Under the pieces are notes generated by a model. It was not told where the DNA came from, ran no database searches, and worked only from the letters and a program-made list of their open reading frames with translations. A stretch of 64,000 nucleotides of DNA from contig CAZHXN010000002.1 of NCBI GenBank assembly GCA_964536415.1, positions 785 to 64,784 of the forward strand, read 5' to 3'. The first letter of the stretch is position 1. Every line of letters starts with the position of its first letter. Shown piece by piece: positions 9,648-18,768 of this stretch. This DNA is from an uncultured bacterium (lineage in GTDB: Bacteria; Cyanobacteriota; Cyanobacteriia; B231). The position numbers and the translations under genes were made by a program.

Positions 9648-12644
9648 ATGCCCATTGGCTGCATTCCCGTTGGAGATTTCAGAGGTTCTACCGTGACTCC
9701 TCAGCAGGCCCAAGCCCAGGCACTGATCCACGAAATTGACAGTGTGCTTCACAAAGCTAGCCCTCGTTTACCCTGGGTCATGTCCAACGAAGACGCCCAG
9801 CAGCGTCAGCTATTGCACCAATTGCGGTCTTATCTGGTGACCTCCCTGCAAGTGTCGTCGCCGTCACCCTCGCTTCCAGAAGACCCTTCGCCTAGTGTCT
9901 CCACCAGCGACTTGAACCGCGATCGATCCCCCTTGGCCAATATGGGCCAACTGGATGCCATGCAACAAACTCTGCACGCCATGATGCAGGAGATGAACCA
10001 TCTGCGAAGTACGGTCCTGCAACCGTTGCAAGCCGATGTGGCGGGGTTACAGCAACAACGGGAAGCCCTCCGTCAGGAAGTGCAACAACTGGAAAGTCAG
10101 CGGCAAGCAGCGATCGCCGCAGCGACCCCAACGGCCCCAGACGCCCTCAGCCAGCAGGTCCTCCAGGAGGTGTTGCAACTACTGATGCAACGGCTTCAGG
10201 AAAATTTAAGTCAACAGATTAGCCAGCAGATTCACCAATCGTTCCAACGCTTGCAAGCGACCCTGCAACCGCCCCAGGACCTCTCCCCCGCCAGTGCCAC
10301 CACGGGGCTGTTGCCGGGGATGACGGCGGAACAGGTGCAAAACCTGGAAGCCCTCCAGTCGCGTGCGGATCAGGTGTTAACCACGATCGATACCACGTTG
10401 CGGGTTGTGTTTGAGTCCATGCAGCGCAATCTCGAAAGTTACCAGGATTCCCTCACCCGTGGGCTGGAACGTATGCATGGGCTAGGACAACAGAGTGAGG
10501 CGCAATTTGCCGCCCTTCTTAACCACTTGGCCCAGCGGCTAGGGCAAGAAGCCTCTGCCTATCTGAATGCATCCCTACAAACCCAAGGGTTGATTGCACC
10601 CGAAGCCCCTGTTGCACGGGAAGCCGTGCGCCCAAGCGGTGCTGCTGCTCCTGCCGCCTTACCTACGGAAGCGATCGCCGAAGAGGCCCTGCCCTTTGCT
10701 GGCTCAGAGTTAGGGAGAGGCCGTTCCGAAGTTTCCCTTTTCCCCACACCGTCCCCGGTTGCCAGGGCAACCCCGTCAGCCCACCGTTCTGAAACCCTGC
10801 AACTGGAAGATCTCGATCTGTCCGATTTCAACCTGGATGCCCTGGATACCAGTCTGATTGATGCCGAAGAGACTGATCTGGAGGCGTTCTCGTTGGAATC
10901 TGGCGTGCCAGAGACAGGGGCCTTAGACGTGGGGATTGAAGATCTGGGAGGCGATCTGGGGATTGCCGATCGCGAGGCCAAGCCAATGTCTCATGCTGCC
11001 CTGCCGACGGACACAACGACGGAAGCGGAGGCAATGGACTTCCTCAACCAATTAGCAGACACCTTTGATGCCCCTCCCCTCGTCCGGGAGGCTGAATCGC
11101 CCCCCCCCCCCGCACCCCCAACAAGCTGGACGGATAGCAGTACCACAGCCGAATTACGCGAACTGTATCAAAGCCTGTTCGGCTCCGATGAGTTTGCTGG
11201 CACCGCCCCCGTCGCCAGCCCTCCCCAAGCGGAAACCCCAGCGATCGCCGCCACGAGTCCTCCCACCCTGGACAATCTGTTTGGAGGACTGGACGCCACG
11301 ATCCATCCCGATAGTTTCAATCTCGACCTGTTAGAGACGGAGCCATCCCAAGCTGATGCCTTGTTGTCCGAGCGTGAGGCTACCCTACCGACGCGTCTAG
11401 AACCTGAGGCTGACCTGGGTGCTGATTGGGCCGATTTGTCCCTAGAGATGGACGACATTCGCGCCGGGTCTTCCCCGGAGGGTCGCCCCAGTTCTCTGGA
11501 AGACTTTTTCTTCCCCGAAGCCACCCCCGCAAGTTCTCCGACACCTTCCCCCGATGCGGCCCCGCCCGTCGAGGAGGAACGGCCCCTAGCCGCGATCACC
11601 GACGCCAAGGCCGAGGCGATCGCATGGCTGGACGAGGCAGCGTTGGAGCAGCTAAGTGAGCCAGCCACCGTGGAGCCGACTCCCCGTACCACCGCTGCCC
11701 CCGATCTCCCTGATTTAGATACTGATCCGTTCAATCTGGGCGCTCTAGCCGCAGATTTAGCCGCTGGGCAAGAGACAGCCACCGCCGGGACCGATCTGGC
11801 GGATCTCCTGGCCGACATCAGTGCTACGGAAGCCACATCCGCGAACATCCCCGCGATCGAGACGGGTGTGGTCAGTGCCAGCCTTGAAGATAGCTTTGAT
11901 GCTGCTGCCCCCGATGAAGATCTACTGGCGGCGGAAGACCCACAGACCACTGCCAGTCCCGACCTACTCCAACTTGACGACCAGACGTTGCAACAGTTGA
12001 GCGAGGATCTGTTCAGCCTGGAGTCCAATGAACTTGCCACTACTGGGGAACTACCGTTCGCGCCGCCTCCCCCAAGGGAAATCGCACCGCCATCGTCCCG
12101 GATGACGGCACCGCGTCCCGCGTCGCCCCAGGCAAATCGGTCCACACGCCAGGATGACGTAGGCCAACCAGAATCAACTTCTGACTTGGCCACCCAGCCC
12201 ACAGAGTTCAGTCTTGAGGCCTTCGCCGCTGATCTGTTTGGGGAGCTTGAGGTTGATGACCGTGAGGGCGATGCACCCGGTACGGCCATGCCGCCCTCCC
12301 TGGCAGAGCCAATGGCCTCCAGCCATACGCCGCTCTCAAGCCCAGAAACCCGTGCGGATCAGCTAGATACCGATCCCTCCCTGGCGGTTCTGGAGGATCT
12401 CTTTACCGATCCCGCCCCCCCTGATGTCACCCCTGGGGCACCCACCCCTGAGCCAGTGCCTGCTTCCACGCCCAAGCGTTTCTCCGGTGGAGACGCTCCG
12501 CGAACGGATAGTGGGTTGTTGGATGATCTGTTTGCCGATTTCGGTGAGCTAGATGTGGCTAGCAAGACGGCGGAGAACAATCTAGCCAGTTTCCAGGCGG
12601 AATTTCCCGTTTGGGATGACGATCCGGCAAAAAAAAAGTTCTGA
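9648..12644 (+). CDS. Large acidic protein: SepJ-like N-terminal coiled-coil domain plus ~600-aa Pro/Ala/Glu/Asp-rich disordered region with repeated D/E-L-F motifs; no membrane domain
   Basis: 998-aa ORF. Heptad-rich N-terminus (LQPLQADVAGLQQQREALRQEVQQLESQRQ). Segment ADQVLTTIDTTLRVVFESMQRNLESYQDSLTRGLERMHGLGQQSEAQFAALLNHLAQRL aligns colinearly with the N-terminus of the 20789-22615 protein. The start may instead be the GTG at 9693. Confidence 0.8.
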   Translation: MPIGCIPVGDFRGSTVTPQQAQAQALIHEIDSVLHKASPRLPWVMSNEDAQQRQLLHQLRSYLVTSLQVSSPSPSLPEDPSPSVSTSDLNRDRSPLANMGQLDAMQQTLHAMMQEMNHLRSTVLQPLQADVAGLQQQREALRQEVQQLESQRQAAIAAATPTAPDALSQQVLQEVLQLLMQRLQENLSQQISQQIHQSFQRLQATLQPPQDLSPASATTGLLPGMTAEQVQNLEALQSRADQVLTTIDTTLRVVFESMQRNLESYQDSLTRGLERMHGLGQQSEAQFAALLNHLAQRLGQEASAYLNASLQTQGLIAPEAPVAREAVRPSGAAAPAALPTEAIAEEALPFAGSELGRGRSEVSLFPTPSPVARATPSAHRSETLQLEDLDLSDFNLDALDTSLIDAEETDLEAFSLESGVPETGALDVGIEDLGGDLGIADREAKPMSHAALPTDTTTEAEAMDFLNQLADTFDAPPLVREAESPPPPAPPTSWTDSSTTAELRELYQSLFGSDEFAGTAPVASPPQAETPAIAATSPPTLDNLFGGLDATIHPDSFNLDLLETEPSQADALLSEREATLPTRLEPEADLGADWADLSLEMDDIRAGSSPEGRPSSLEDFFFPEATPASSPTPSPDAAPPVEEERPLAAITDAKAEAIAWLDEAALEQLSEPATVEPTPRTTAAPDLPDLDTDPFNLGALAADLAAGQETATAGTDLADLLADISATEATSANIPAIETGVVSASLEDSFDAAAPDEDLLAAEDPQTTASPDLLQLDDQTLQQLSEDLFSLESNELATTGELPFAPPPPREIAPPSSRMTAPRPASPQANRSTRQDDVGQPESTSDLATQPTEFSLEAFAADLFGELEVDDREGDAPGTAMPPSLAEPMASSHTPLSSPETRADQLDTDPSLAVLEDLFTDPAPPDVTPGAPTPEPVPASTPKRFSGGDAPRTDSGLLDDLFADFGELDVASKTAENNLASFQAEFPVWDDDPAKKKF

Positions 12645-12793
12645 CGCCAACCGCTGAGTGCGTTTCAGAAGCCGTCTCGGCATCAGTCCCAGAGATAGCG
12701 TCTGAAATAGCCTCTGAAATAGCCTCTGCGGTAACCCCTGAGGCTGTCTCTCCCCCTGCCAGTGACACTGCGGCCTCTCACCCTTCGCTCACG

Positions 12794-14890
12794 ATGCCAG
12801 CGACCCTAGCCGATCCGCCTACGGGTGAAGGACGAATCGCGGTGTCTTCGATCGCGCCACCTCCCCAACAGGGAATCGTGCCAACCGATTGGTACCTAGG
12901 ACTGGATATTGGCACAACAGCCCTCTCGGCTGTGCTCTGTCATTGTCCCACGGGGGCCGTCTATCCCCTCTACTGGTGGGTAGCGGCTACCGATACCCCT
13001 ATCCCAGGCCAGCCTTGGCACGTTCGTGAAACGTCTCCCTCGGAGAATCGCGTCGCTCCTCGTCAGGGTCATCGCGCAGCGTCTTCGCCGGAGCATCGCC
13101 CAACTTGGCCCCCAACTTGGCCCCCAGTCCCTTGCTTCCGGTTACCTAATCTGGCCTACCTGACCGCCCAGCAACTGACCCAGCCCCCCCAGATGCCCAC
13201 CGCCATTGGCCTAATGGCCCAAATGGCTGCCCCCGGGGGAGACTACCCCGATCAACCACTGCATGAGCTAATCCACACGCTAGAACCCCATTGGCCCTGT
13301 GAGGAAGGGGGCCTTTCCCTCCACAACTACCTCCCGCTTTTGCACCTCGCTTGGCCCTACTATTCGCCCCAATCCCTGCGCTGGGAACCCCAACTCCAGT
13401 GGTCAGAGACTGAGGTTTTGCCCTTAGGGTGGTGTCAACAGACGCTACAAGCCCTCATTGGTAGCCTGTTAGACCCGCTGGTTACGACAATGCTGCCGAT
13501 GGGGAGGCTGCGGTGTGCGGCAGTGGGGTTAGATAGTCAAACCTTCCAGACGGCCCTGCGTCACCTGACAGGGGTCTGTGTGAGTGGTTATATCCACCAC
13601 TCGGATGTTTATGCCTACAATGTGCGGGAAGCCATTTTAGCCGCCGGGTTAGTGGCACAGCCCGATCAAATTGCGTTGGTTGAAGGCCCGATCGCGGCAC
13701 TGTTAACGGAATTACAAGGACTGCAACAAACGCGACGGTATGCCGACGACGGCACGACCCCCCTCTCCCAAGCTGGGGCCTGGACCTGGGACGGCTTAAC
13801 CCTGGTCATTGAAGCTGGGGCGAGCCACACGGATTTACTGCTGAGTGATCTGCCTGTCCCCCTCTCAACCCTAAGCTATCAAGATTTCTGGCTACGGGGG
13901 TTGGACTATGGGGGCGATGCCCTCGATCAGGATATTTTCTGCCAGTTGCTGTTACCCCAACTGTCTACACGCCCCCCCGAATGGCAGGTGTTAACTGTGC
14001 CCATTGTTGGTGAACCTGATCGGGAGCGTCGTGCTCGGTTGCAGCAGCAGCTTGCTAATACGTCCCTAGGCCGGGTTTGGCTCCAGTTTGCCCAACAGAT
14101 TAAGTGGCAGTTGGTCCAGGCGGCTGGGCCACAGGCGTTCGCGCCGCCTTCCCAAGGGGGAATCGCGCCCCAAACCTTTACCCTGGGAGACACGATCATC
14201 CATCTCAGCCCCCATGACTTAGAAATCCAGATCTTCCTGCCCTATTTGCAACGCCTGAATCGTGAGTTAAATGCCCTTCTCAGCCAAGCAGGGGTGGTGC
14301 CTGCCCAAATCCGGCAGGTCATCTGTACGGGGGGAACGGGAGCGATCGGGGCCATGACCCGATGGCTACGGCAAAAGCTACCCAATGCCACGATTCTCCA
14401 GGATACCCAGCCCAACCCTGCTCAACCGAGTTGTAGTCGCGTGGCCTATGGCTTAGCCCTGGTTTCACTGTATCCCCAGGTGATTGCTACCGATCGCCAG
14501 ATCTATAGTGACTGTTTCCTTCTGCTGGAATTGCTGCGCACGGTGCCGACTGAACCCGTCTCCTTGACCCAAATCCTGATAGGACTGGCTCGTCGGGGCA
14601 TTAATGTCAATACCTGTCGATCGCGCATCCAGCAATTGCTTGCGGGCCACCTGCCCCAGGGGCTTGGGCTAGACGATCGCCACCACGTCTGGCTGAGTGC
14701 AAGCTCCCAGCAACACCCGTTTTACACCACGATCGCCACGGCCCCCCTCTTCCAGACCCTTGGCCCTGACACGTATGTTTTGAATGGGGAGCAGGCCCAG
14801 GTTTGGCACGATTACCTCACCCAGACACTAACAGGTAAGCATCAGCTACTGGACGAACCACTGGCGGTCAGTGGATTGCCTTCGCCGTGA
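12794..14890 (+). CDS. Highly divergent Hsp70/actin-fold (ASKHA) ATPase-like protein with unknown C-terminal domain
   Basis: 698-aa ORF. Phosphate-1-like motif WYLGLDIGTTALSAV, phosphate-2-like LVIEAGASHTDLLL, adenosine-like VICTGGTGAIGAMTRWLRQKL. Otherwise little resemblance to canonical DnaK. Confidence 0.75.
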   Translation: MPATLADPPTGEGRIAVSSIAPPPQQGIVPTDWYLGLDIGTTALSAVLCHCPTGAVYPLYWWVAATDTPIPGQPWHVRETSPSENRVAPRQGHRAASSPEHRPTWPPTWPPVPCFRLPNLAYLTAQQLTQPPQMPTAIGLMAQMAAPGGDYPDQPLHELIHTLEPHWPCEEGGLSLHNYLPLLHLAWPYYSPQSLRWEPQLQWSETEVLPLGWCQQTLQALIGSLLDPLVTTMLPMGRLRCAAVGLDSQTFQTALRHLTGVCVSGYIHHSDVYAYNVREAILAAGLVAQPDQIALVEGPIAALLTELQGLQQTRRYADDGTTPLSQAGAWTWDGLTLVIEAGASHTDLLLSDLPVPLSTLSYQDFWLRGLDYGGDALDQDIFCQLLLPQLSTRPPEWQVLTVPIVGEPDRERRARLQQQLANTSLGRVWLQFAQQIKWQLVQAAGPQAFAPPSQGGIAPQTFTLGDTIIHLSPHDLEIQIFLPYLQRLNRELNALLSQAGVVPAQIRQVICTGGTGAIGAMTRWLRQKLPNATILQDTQPNPAQPSCSRVAYGLALVSLYPQVIATDRQIYSDCFLLLELLRTVPTEPVSLTQILIGLARRGINVNTCRSRIQQLLAGHLPQGLGLDDRHHVWLSASSQQHPFYTTIATAPLFQTLGPDTYVLNGEQAQVWHDYLTQTLTGKHQLLDEPLAVSGLPSP

Positions 14891-16275
14891 TGGGTAGTCT
14901 TAACCCACTTCAGCCGTTTCGGTCGCACGGAAATGCGCATGGCCATCGTGGCAATCACCAGCATCCAGTGCATCAGGTAGACGTTTGCTTGTAAGGTTTG
15001 CCAGCCTTGAAGCCAGAAGGGTTGGCGTTGGGTGCGGCGTAGGCCCGTCATCATACTGAGCATCGAAAAGCCGATCGCGAGCGTCACCAGTGGACTCAGA
15101 AGGGGAGGACGGTTCCGCAGGTAGGCCATCAGTAGATCGGGCACGGCTGCCGTTGGCAGGAGGTACTGGATAAACCAGAACATCGCCAAATCGTAGGTTT
15201 TGCGGGGGCCAAGTCGATTCTGGATGAGCGGTTTCCAATAGTCGAGGTAACGCTGGTAACCGCCCTCGGCCCAGCGATTGCGCTGATGCCATAACCCGAT
15301 CGCCGTCGTCACCCCTTCTTCAAGTACCGCCACATCATTCAGGAACTCAATATCCCAGCCTTGCACATGCAGGTGCAAGGTCAAGTCAAGATCATCCGTA
15401 ATGGTCGCTTCATTAAACCCCCCACAGGACTCCAACGCCTCCCGGCGAATGAATTGGCCATTGCCCCGCAGTTCCCCAATCCCCCCAATGGCAATCCGCT
15501 GTTGTTGCACGCAGCTATCGAGGGCCATTTCCGCTGCTTGACACCGGGTCCAGAAGTTATGCTGGGCATTGGCGATCGCCTTACGAACCTGTACGGCCCC
15601 CACCCGTTCCTGGGTAAACAAGGGCAATACCCGCCGCAGGAGATCCGCCGGGACCTGGGCATCCGCATCAAACACGGCTAAAACCTCGCCCGCCGCCTGG
15701 GGCCACACCTGGTTGAGGGCACCCGACTTCCCTCCACCCGCGCCAGGTCCCCGGCGAACAATCCGTAAATGGCTGTACTGTTGGGCCAACTGTTTCAGGA
15801 TGACGGGGGTTTGATCACTGCTATTGTCATCAATGATCCACAGATCGTAGCGATCGCGGGGATAGTCCAGTTGGCAGAGAGATTCCACCAGTCGGGCAAT
15901 CACAGCCTCCTCATTCTTGGCCGCCACGAGCAACGAGACATAGGGACAATTCTCAGGCACATCAATTTCCAGGGGCAAGGGGGCCACATGGGGCCGCACC
16001 CGCAACACGCGCAAGGCATGAACCCCCATCAAGGTGGTTAGCCCCAACACCAACCACAGCCCCCATGAGACGGAATGGAGGGCGATCGTACTCCCCCAAA
16101 CGACCGTCAAGAGTACGGCAGCTTTCTGACGACGGCGATCCGACCGTGGGCCAGCCGTTGCCGTTGGGTCAGGCATAGGCGGAACGCTGCCTGCGGATAT
16201 CGACTCTTCTGAAGTCAGCGACTCCGGGTCAATCACACTGTAGGAATGGCTTTCGGACCAGGATGGCTCCGACAT
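14842..16275 (-). CDS. Family 2 glycosyltransferase, membrane-embedded processive type (D, DxD, QxxRW)
   Basis: 477-aa ORF with IIDDNSSDQT, GKSGALN, FDADAQ and QRNRWAEG, plus hydrophobic helices at the N- and C-termini. Size and architecture are compatible with, but do not prove, a cyanobacterial MGlcDG-synthase-type or exopolysaccharide synthase. Confidence 0.85.
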   Translation of the reverse strand: MSEPSWSESHSYSVIDPESLTSEESISAGSVPPMPDPTATAGPRSDRRRQKAAVLLTVVWGSTIALHSVSWGLWLVLGLTTLMGVHALRVLRVRPHVAPLPLEIDVPENCPYVSLLVAAKNEEAVIARLVESLCQLDYPRDRYDLWIIDDNSSDQTPVILKQLAQQYSHLRIVRRGPGAGGGKSGALNQVWPQAAGEVLAVFDADAQVPADLLRRVLPLFTQERVGAVQVRKAIANAQHNFWTRCQAAEMALDSCVQQQRIAIGGIGELRGNGQFIRREALESCGGFNEATITDDLDLTLHLHVQGWDIEFLNDVAVLEEGVTTAIGLWHQRNRWAEGGYQRYLDYWKPLIQNRLGPRKTYDLAMFWFIQYLLPTAAVPDLLMAYLRNRPPLLSPLVTLAIGFSMLSMMTGLRRTQRQPFWLQGWQTLQANVYLMHWMLVIATMAMRISVRPKRLKWVKTTHHGEGNPLTASGSSSS

Positions 16276-16918
16276 AGGCTACCTGCTTTAACCCCCAATA
16301 AGCGTCAATTTCCTTGCCGTCACGACGGTCGCGGCCAAGACTGATCGTCGTCAAGACCCATTGCAAAACCGATAGTGATCAGGACCAATGACCGTTCTGG
16401 GAACCACAACAGCGGGAACCACAACAGTGGGGAGTCCCCCTGTCCTCAGGCCGGTCCCCCTCGGCAAGGGCTGTTTTATTTTAGCCAACCTTGGCCAGCT
16501 TCTTTGTGCCTGCCGCGATCGTTGTCCAGGCCAAACACCCACCAGGAGCCGGTGCCATAAAAATTTACGAAAAATCTGCAAAAGGGGATCTGCCCCCTGT
16601 TCTCTCCCGGCGCTGTGGCGGGTAATCTTATAAGTAGTCAGTCAAATGATCGTTAAACACTGTTGTCACCAAATGGTGTCTGAAGCCTCCCCAATTGTCA
16701 GGGGGAAATCGAGTCATTGGTTTGGGTCACAGGTTTTCTTGCTGAGTACGCAATCAGTCGCGGGAGGGTGTTCCGAGACTATAAACGGACGCGAAGCAGG
16801 CATAAGACCGCTTTGGGGGCAACCTGGGAGGAAGCGTCAACCCATGCAACGGCCTTTCCCTGCGTGTAGGTTAGGGCGTGGCGAGGAATCCCCGCACCCT
16901 GAGGCCAGGAAGGATGTT

Positions 16919-16960
16919 AATACTTGGTGGCCAATACTTGGTGGCCAATACTTGGTGGCA
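16919..16960. repeat. Tandem repeat 3 x 14 nt (AATACTTGGTGGCC)
   Basis: Direct reading. About 60 nt upstream of the 17018 ORF start. Confidence 0.85.
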
Positions 16961-17017
16961 CTGATCTTGCGCCGATCGTTTGCTTAATGCCGGATTCATA
17001 GTGAAGAAGAGGTACTG

Positions 17018-17392
17018 ATGCCCATTAATCAACCTAAGGCCGCAGCACCCGAAAAGGTCATGATCTACCAACCCTACTACCAGGGGAGTCGGCGGAATGC
17101 CCTGCCCTATGCTATCAGCCTCTATCAGGAAGGGTCCCTAGAAGGTGAGCGGCGCATTGAGGGAGGAGAGAGCATTCCTTTTATTGCTTCCTGGGAAGTG
17201 ACCTCACTGCCGCTACAAATGACCCGATGCCGGGTGCAGTTTGATGGTAAGGCTGATCTCAGCTACCAAACGTCGATGAAGAGTCATGAACTGATTGACT
17301 TTCTGATTGATGCCTTTGTCCATTATCGCCGGAACCAGGTGGCCGACTTTCCCCCTGCCTTTTACCGCAAGCTGCTGAATATGGAAGCTTAG
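17018..17392 (+). CDS. Hypothetical protein (124 aa), no recognisable domain
   Basis: ATG-initiated ORF with ordinary, not low-complexity, composition. No competing ORF of similar quality. Confidence 0.55.
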   Translation: MPINQPKAAAPEKVMIYQPYYQGSRRNALPYAISLYQEGSLEGERRIEGGESIPFIASWEVTSLPLQMTRCRVQFDGKADLSYQTSMKSHELIDFLIDAFVHYRRNQVADFPPAFYRKLLNMEA

Positions 17393-17691
17393 GCGATCGA
17401 TAATGGCCGCTTCGGCGATGCTCACGGCTCCCCCATTGACTGCTAGGGCGGCGATCGGTGCTGCTTCGGATCTCGTTAGCGGATGGTTCCCCGGCACGCT
17501 TCATCGGGGGACTCCGAGTCTAATGCGCTCTCTCAAGGCGGCTGTTGGCCCGGATTCTCAAGGGTCTGCTCATCATCCGCCCATGTCGCTATCTCCTTAC
17601 TTGTTTCTGTTGTCACGTCCCCGTCTCCCCTAGAATGGGGAAGATTAAGCGGGCAATTTTTACCCAGTAGGATTTGGTAAGGAGTGGGGGT

Positions 17692-18768
17692 GTGCCGAGC
17701 GTAACACCGTATTTACTTGTGGGTTCAACCGAAACGTATAGTGGCAAGTCCGCAACCATTTTAGGACTCGCCCATCAACTCAAGGCACGGGGGGTGGATA
17801 TTGCCTATGGCAAGCCGTTGGGAACCTGTTTGAGTCCCACCGATGCCGGGGTGGATGAGGATATGGCGTTCGTGGTTGAGTCCCTGGCGTTGGCGGCCAA
17901 TCGGCTCTACCCGCCGGTCGCCTTTCAGGATACCCCCACCCTAGCTCGGCAAATGCAGTCCAGTGGCTCTCCCCCCTATGCGCAGCAGCTACGGGCACAC
18001 TTTACGCCCCAAGGGGAGGATTTGATCTTGCTAGAGGGACCCTCGGGTATTTCGACGGAAGGGCGGCTGCTAGACCTGTCCCTGGCCCAAGTGGCAGCCA
18101 GTTTAGAGGCCAATGTCCTGTTGGTGACGCGGTGTGGTTCGCTACGGGTTGTGGATGCCTTGCTCTATGCCCGTGATATTCTGGGCGATCGCCTGGTGGG
18201 GGTGGTCCTCAACGATATTGCCCCAGACATCATGGCCCAGGTCGAGCAGGTCCTCACCCCCTTTCTGGATACCCAAGGGATTACGGTGTTGGGGGCCTTA
18301 CCCAGCAATCCCCTCCTGCTCAGCGTTAGTGTGGCGGAATTGGTCCGACAGTTGCAGGCAGAGGTCCTGTGTCGTCCCGATCGCCTCGGTCTCATGGTTG
18401 AGATGCTGAAAATTGGGGCGATGAATGTCAATTCAGCCCTGGAATATTTCCGCAAGGGCCACAATATGGCAGTGGTGACGGGCAGCGATCGCGCTGATAT
18501 TCAACTGGCGGCCCTGGAGACCTCCACCCAATGTCTGATCTTGACGGGGCATCTGCCGCCCCCAGCAGAGGTTCTGGCGCGGGCCGAAGAGTTGGAGATT
18601 CCCATCCTTTCAGTGCAGTTGGATACCCTGACCACGGTGGAAATTATCAATCGGACCTTCCGGCAAACCCGCCTGAATGAGCGGGCGAAGGTACAGTGCA
18701 TTCGAGAGATGATGGAGCGGTATTTTGATTGCGATCGGCTGCTGGCCAAGATTAAGGCCCGTCCTTAG
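17692..18768 (+). CDS. Phosphotransacetylase-family protein (BioD/CobQ-like P-loop N-domain + DRTGG domain)
   Basis: ORF 17674-18768. I prefer the GTG at 17692 because AAGGAG (17679-17684) lies 7 nt upstream. N-terminus YLLVGSTETYSGKSATILGL, C-terminal DRTGG-like region VVTGSDRADIQLAALE. Confidence 0.8.
   Translation: MPSVTPYLLVGSTETYSGKSATILGLAHQLKARGVDIAYGKPLGTCLSPTDAGVDEDMAFVVESLALAANRLYPPVAFQDTPTLARQMQSSGSPPYAQQLRAHFTPQGEDLILLEGPSGISTEGRLLDLSLAQVAASLEANVLLVTRCGSLRVVDALLYARDILGDRLVGVVLNDIAPDIMAQVEQVLTPFLDTQGITVLGALPSNPLLLSVSVAELVRQLQAEVLCRPDRLGLMVEMLKIGAMNVNSALEYFRKGHNMAVVTGSDRADIQLAALETSTQCLILTGHLPPPAEVLARAEELEIPILSVQLDTLTTVEIINRTFRQTRLNERAKVQCIREMMERYFDCDRLLAKIKARP

Noticed and set aside
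11168-12289. 373-aa minus-strand ORF inside the 9648-12644 gene
   Set aside because: It is antisense to the acidic low-complexity region. Its Ser/Ala/Gly/Arg-rich translation is the mirror image of GAx/GCx codon repeats, and it has no motifs. The plus-strand frame has the coiled-coil homology.
16646-16987. 113-aa plus-strand ORF in the 16.3-17.0 kb gap (also 16351-16633 ORFs)
   Set aside because: It spans the 3 x 14 nt tandem repeat and hairpin-rich sequence, has odd composition (Cys/Trp/Arg-rich), and has no start context. It is more likely non-coding.
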